Virus record (IMG/VR): IMGVR_UViG_3300025133_000085
Span: 6,438-70,437 of that record
Origin: a virus
DNA: 64,000 nucleotides
Strand: one strand, 5' to 3'
Shown: positions 63,741-64,000 of the stretch, piece by piece
Layout of the letters: each line of letters begins with the position of its first letter
How positions within the stretch are numbered: the first letter of the stretch is position 1
Program-made: the position numbers and the translations under genes
The notes under the pieces: model-generated
What the model was told of the DNA's origin: nothing
The model's input: only the letters and a program-made list of their open reading frames with translations
The model's database searches: none

Positions 63741-64000
63741 TTACCCCGTGATTGCTTTCACTTCCGAAAGTTTAACCGGTATTGAAAGAGACGTGCCTGG
63801 TGGTGTCTGCAAACCCCAACCAATCCCACTACACGCGGCGATGATCCACCACATCCGAGCGTCGCCTAGTTCTTCTCCAGCGATTACGTCGAGACGTTCG
63901 CCCGCCTTAACGACGCGAACTCTCAAGCGTAGTCGACCTGCCTTGACCGCGGCGATAAGTGCCCGGGCGGCTTGTGGGGTCGCAAGCATTCTGCCACCCT
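63741..64000 (-). CDS. LysM/tail-X-like baseplate protein (5' end may lie outside the window)
   Basis: GERLDVIAGEELGD...WWIIA..SGI.....PG..L.IP. Confidence 0.65.
   Translation of the reverse strand, partial: GGRMLATPQAARALIAAVKAGRLRLRVRVVKAGERLDVIAGEELGDARMWWIIAACSGIGWGLQTPPGTSLSIPVKLSEVKAITG

Overview
This 64-kb window is a gene-dense segment of a large (jumbo-type) tailed dsDNA phage genome. It uses the standard genetic code and almost all genes lie on the minus strand. No rRNA, tRNA, CRISPR array or IS element was recognised. All annotation is by eye from motifs; no searches were run. (1) 2.9-17 kb holds two tandem arrays of genes whose products share a short basic N-terminal leader ending in (I/L)-x-E: family A M[KR]ITRRQLRRII.E and family B M.LLREYIR.LL.E. 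The leaders are fused to unrelated cargo (ADP-ribosyltransferase-like, GNAT, HAD nucleotidase, alpha/beta hydrolase, 2H phosphoesterase, zincin, Cys-His protease-like). They recur inside polyproteins and as leader-only minigenes. I interpret this as a modular capsid-targeted, protease-processed effector cassette system. (2) At 20-21 kb a sigma-70 factor stops before region 4.2 and the next, overlapping gene encodes a region-4.2-like HTH. Two recurrent promoter classes are visible: TANTTAT before virion-type genes, and KTGHAM-17/18-TA..(A/T)T mostly before replication and regulatory genes. (3) 34-47 kb is a predicted cytosine-hypermodification operon: a dCMP-type thymidylate-synthase homolog, a second divergent paralog, a carbamoyltransferase, an ATP-grasp/HAD fusion, a dNMP kinase, DnaE and a dCTPase/dUTPase. 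(4) The rest is a lysis module, class II RNR, helicase, two 5'-3' exonucleases, RecA, SSB, a minimal PolA, GroEL, ClpP, a TadE-like pseudopilin and baseplate/tail genes.
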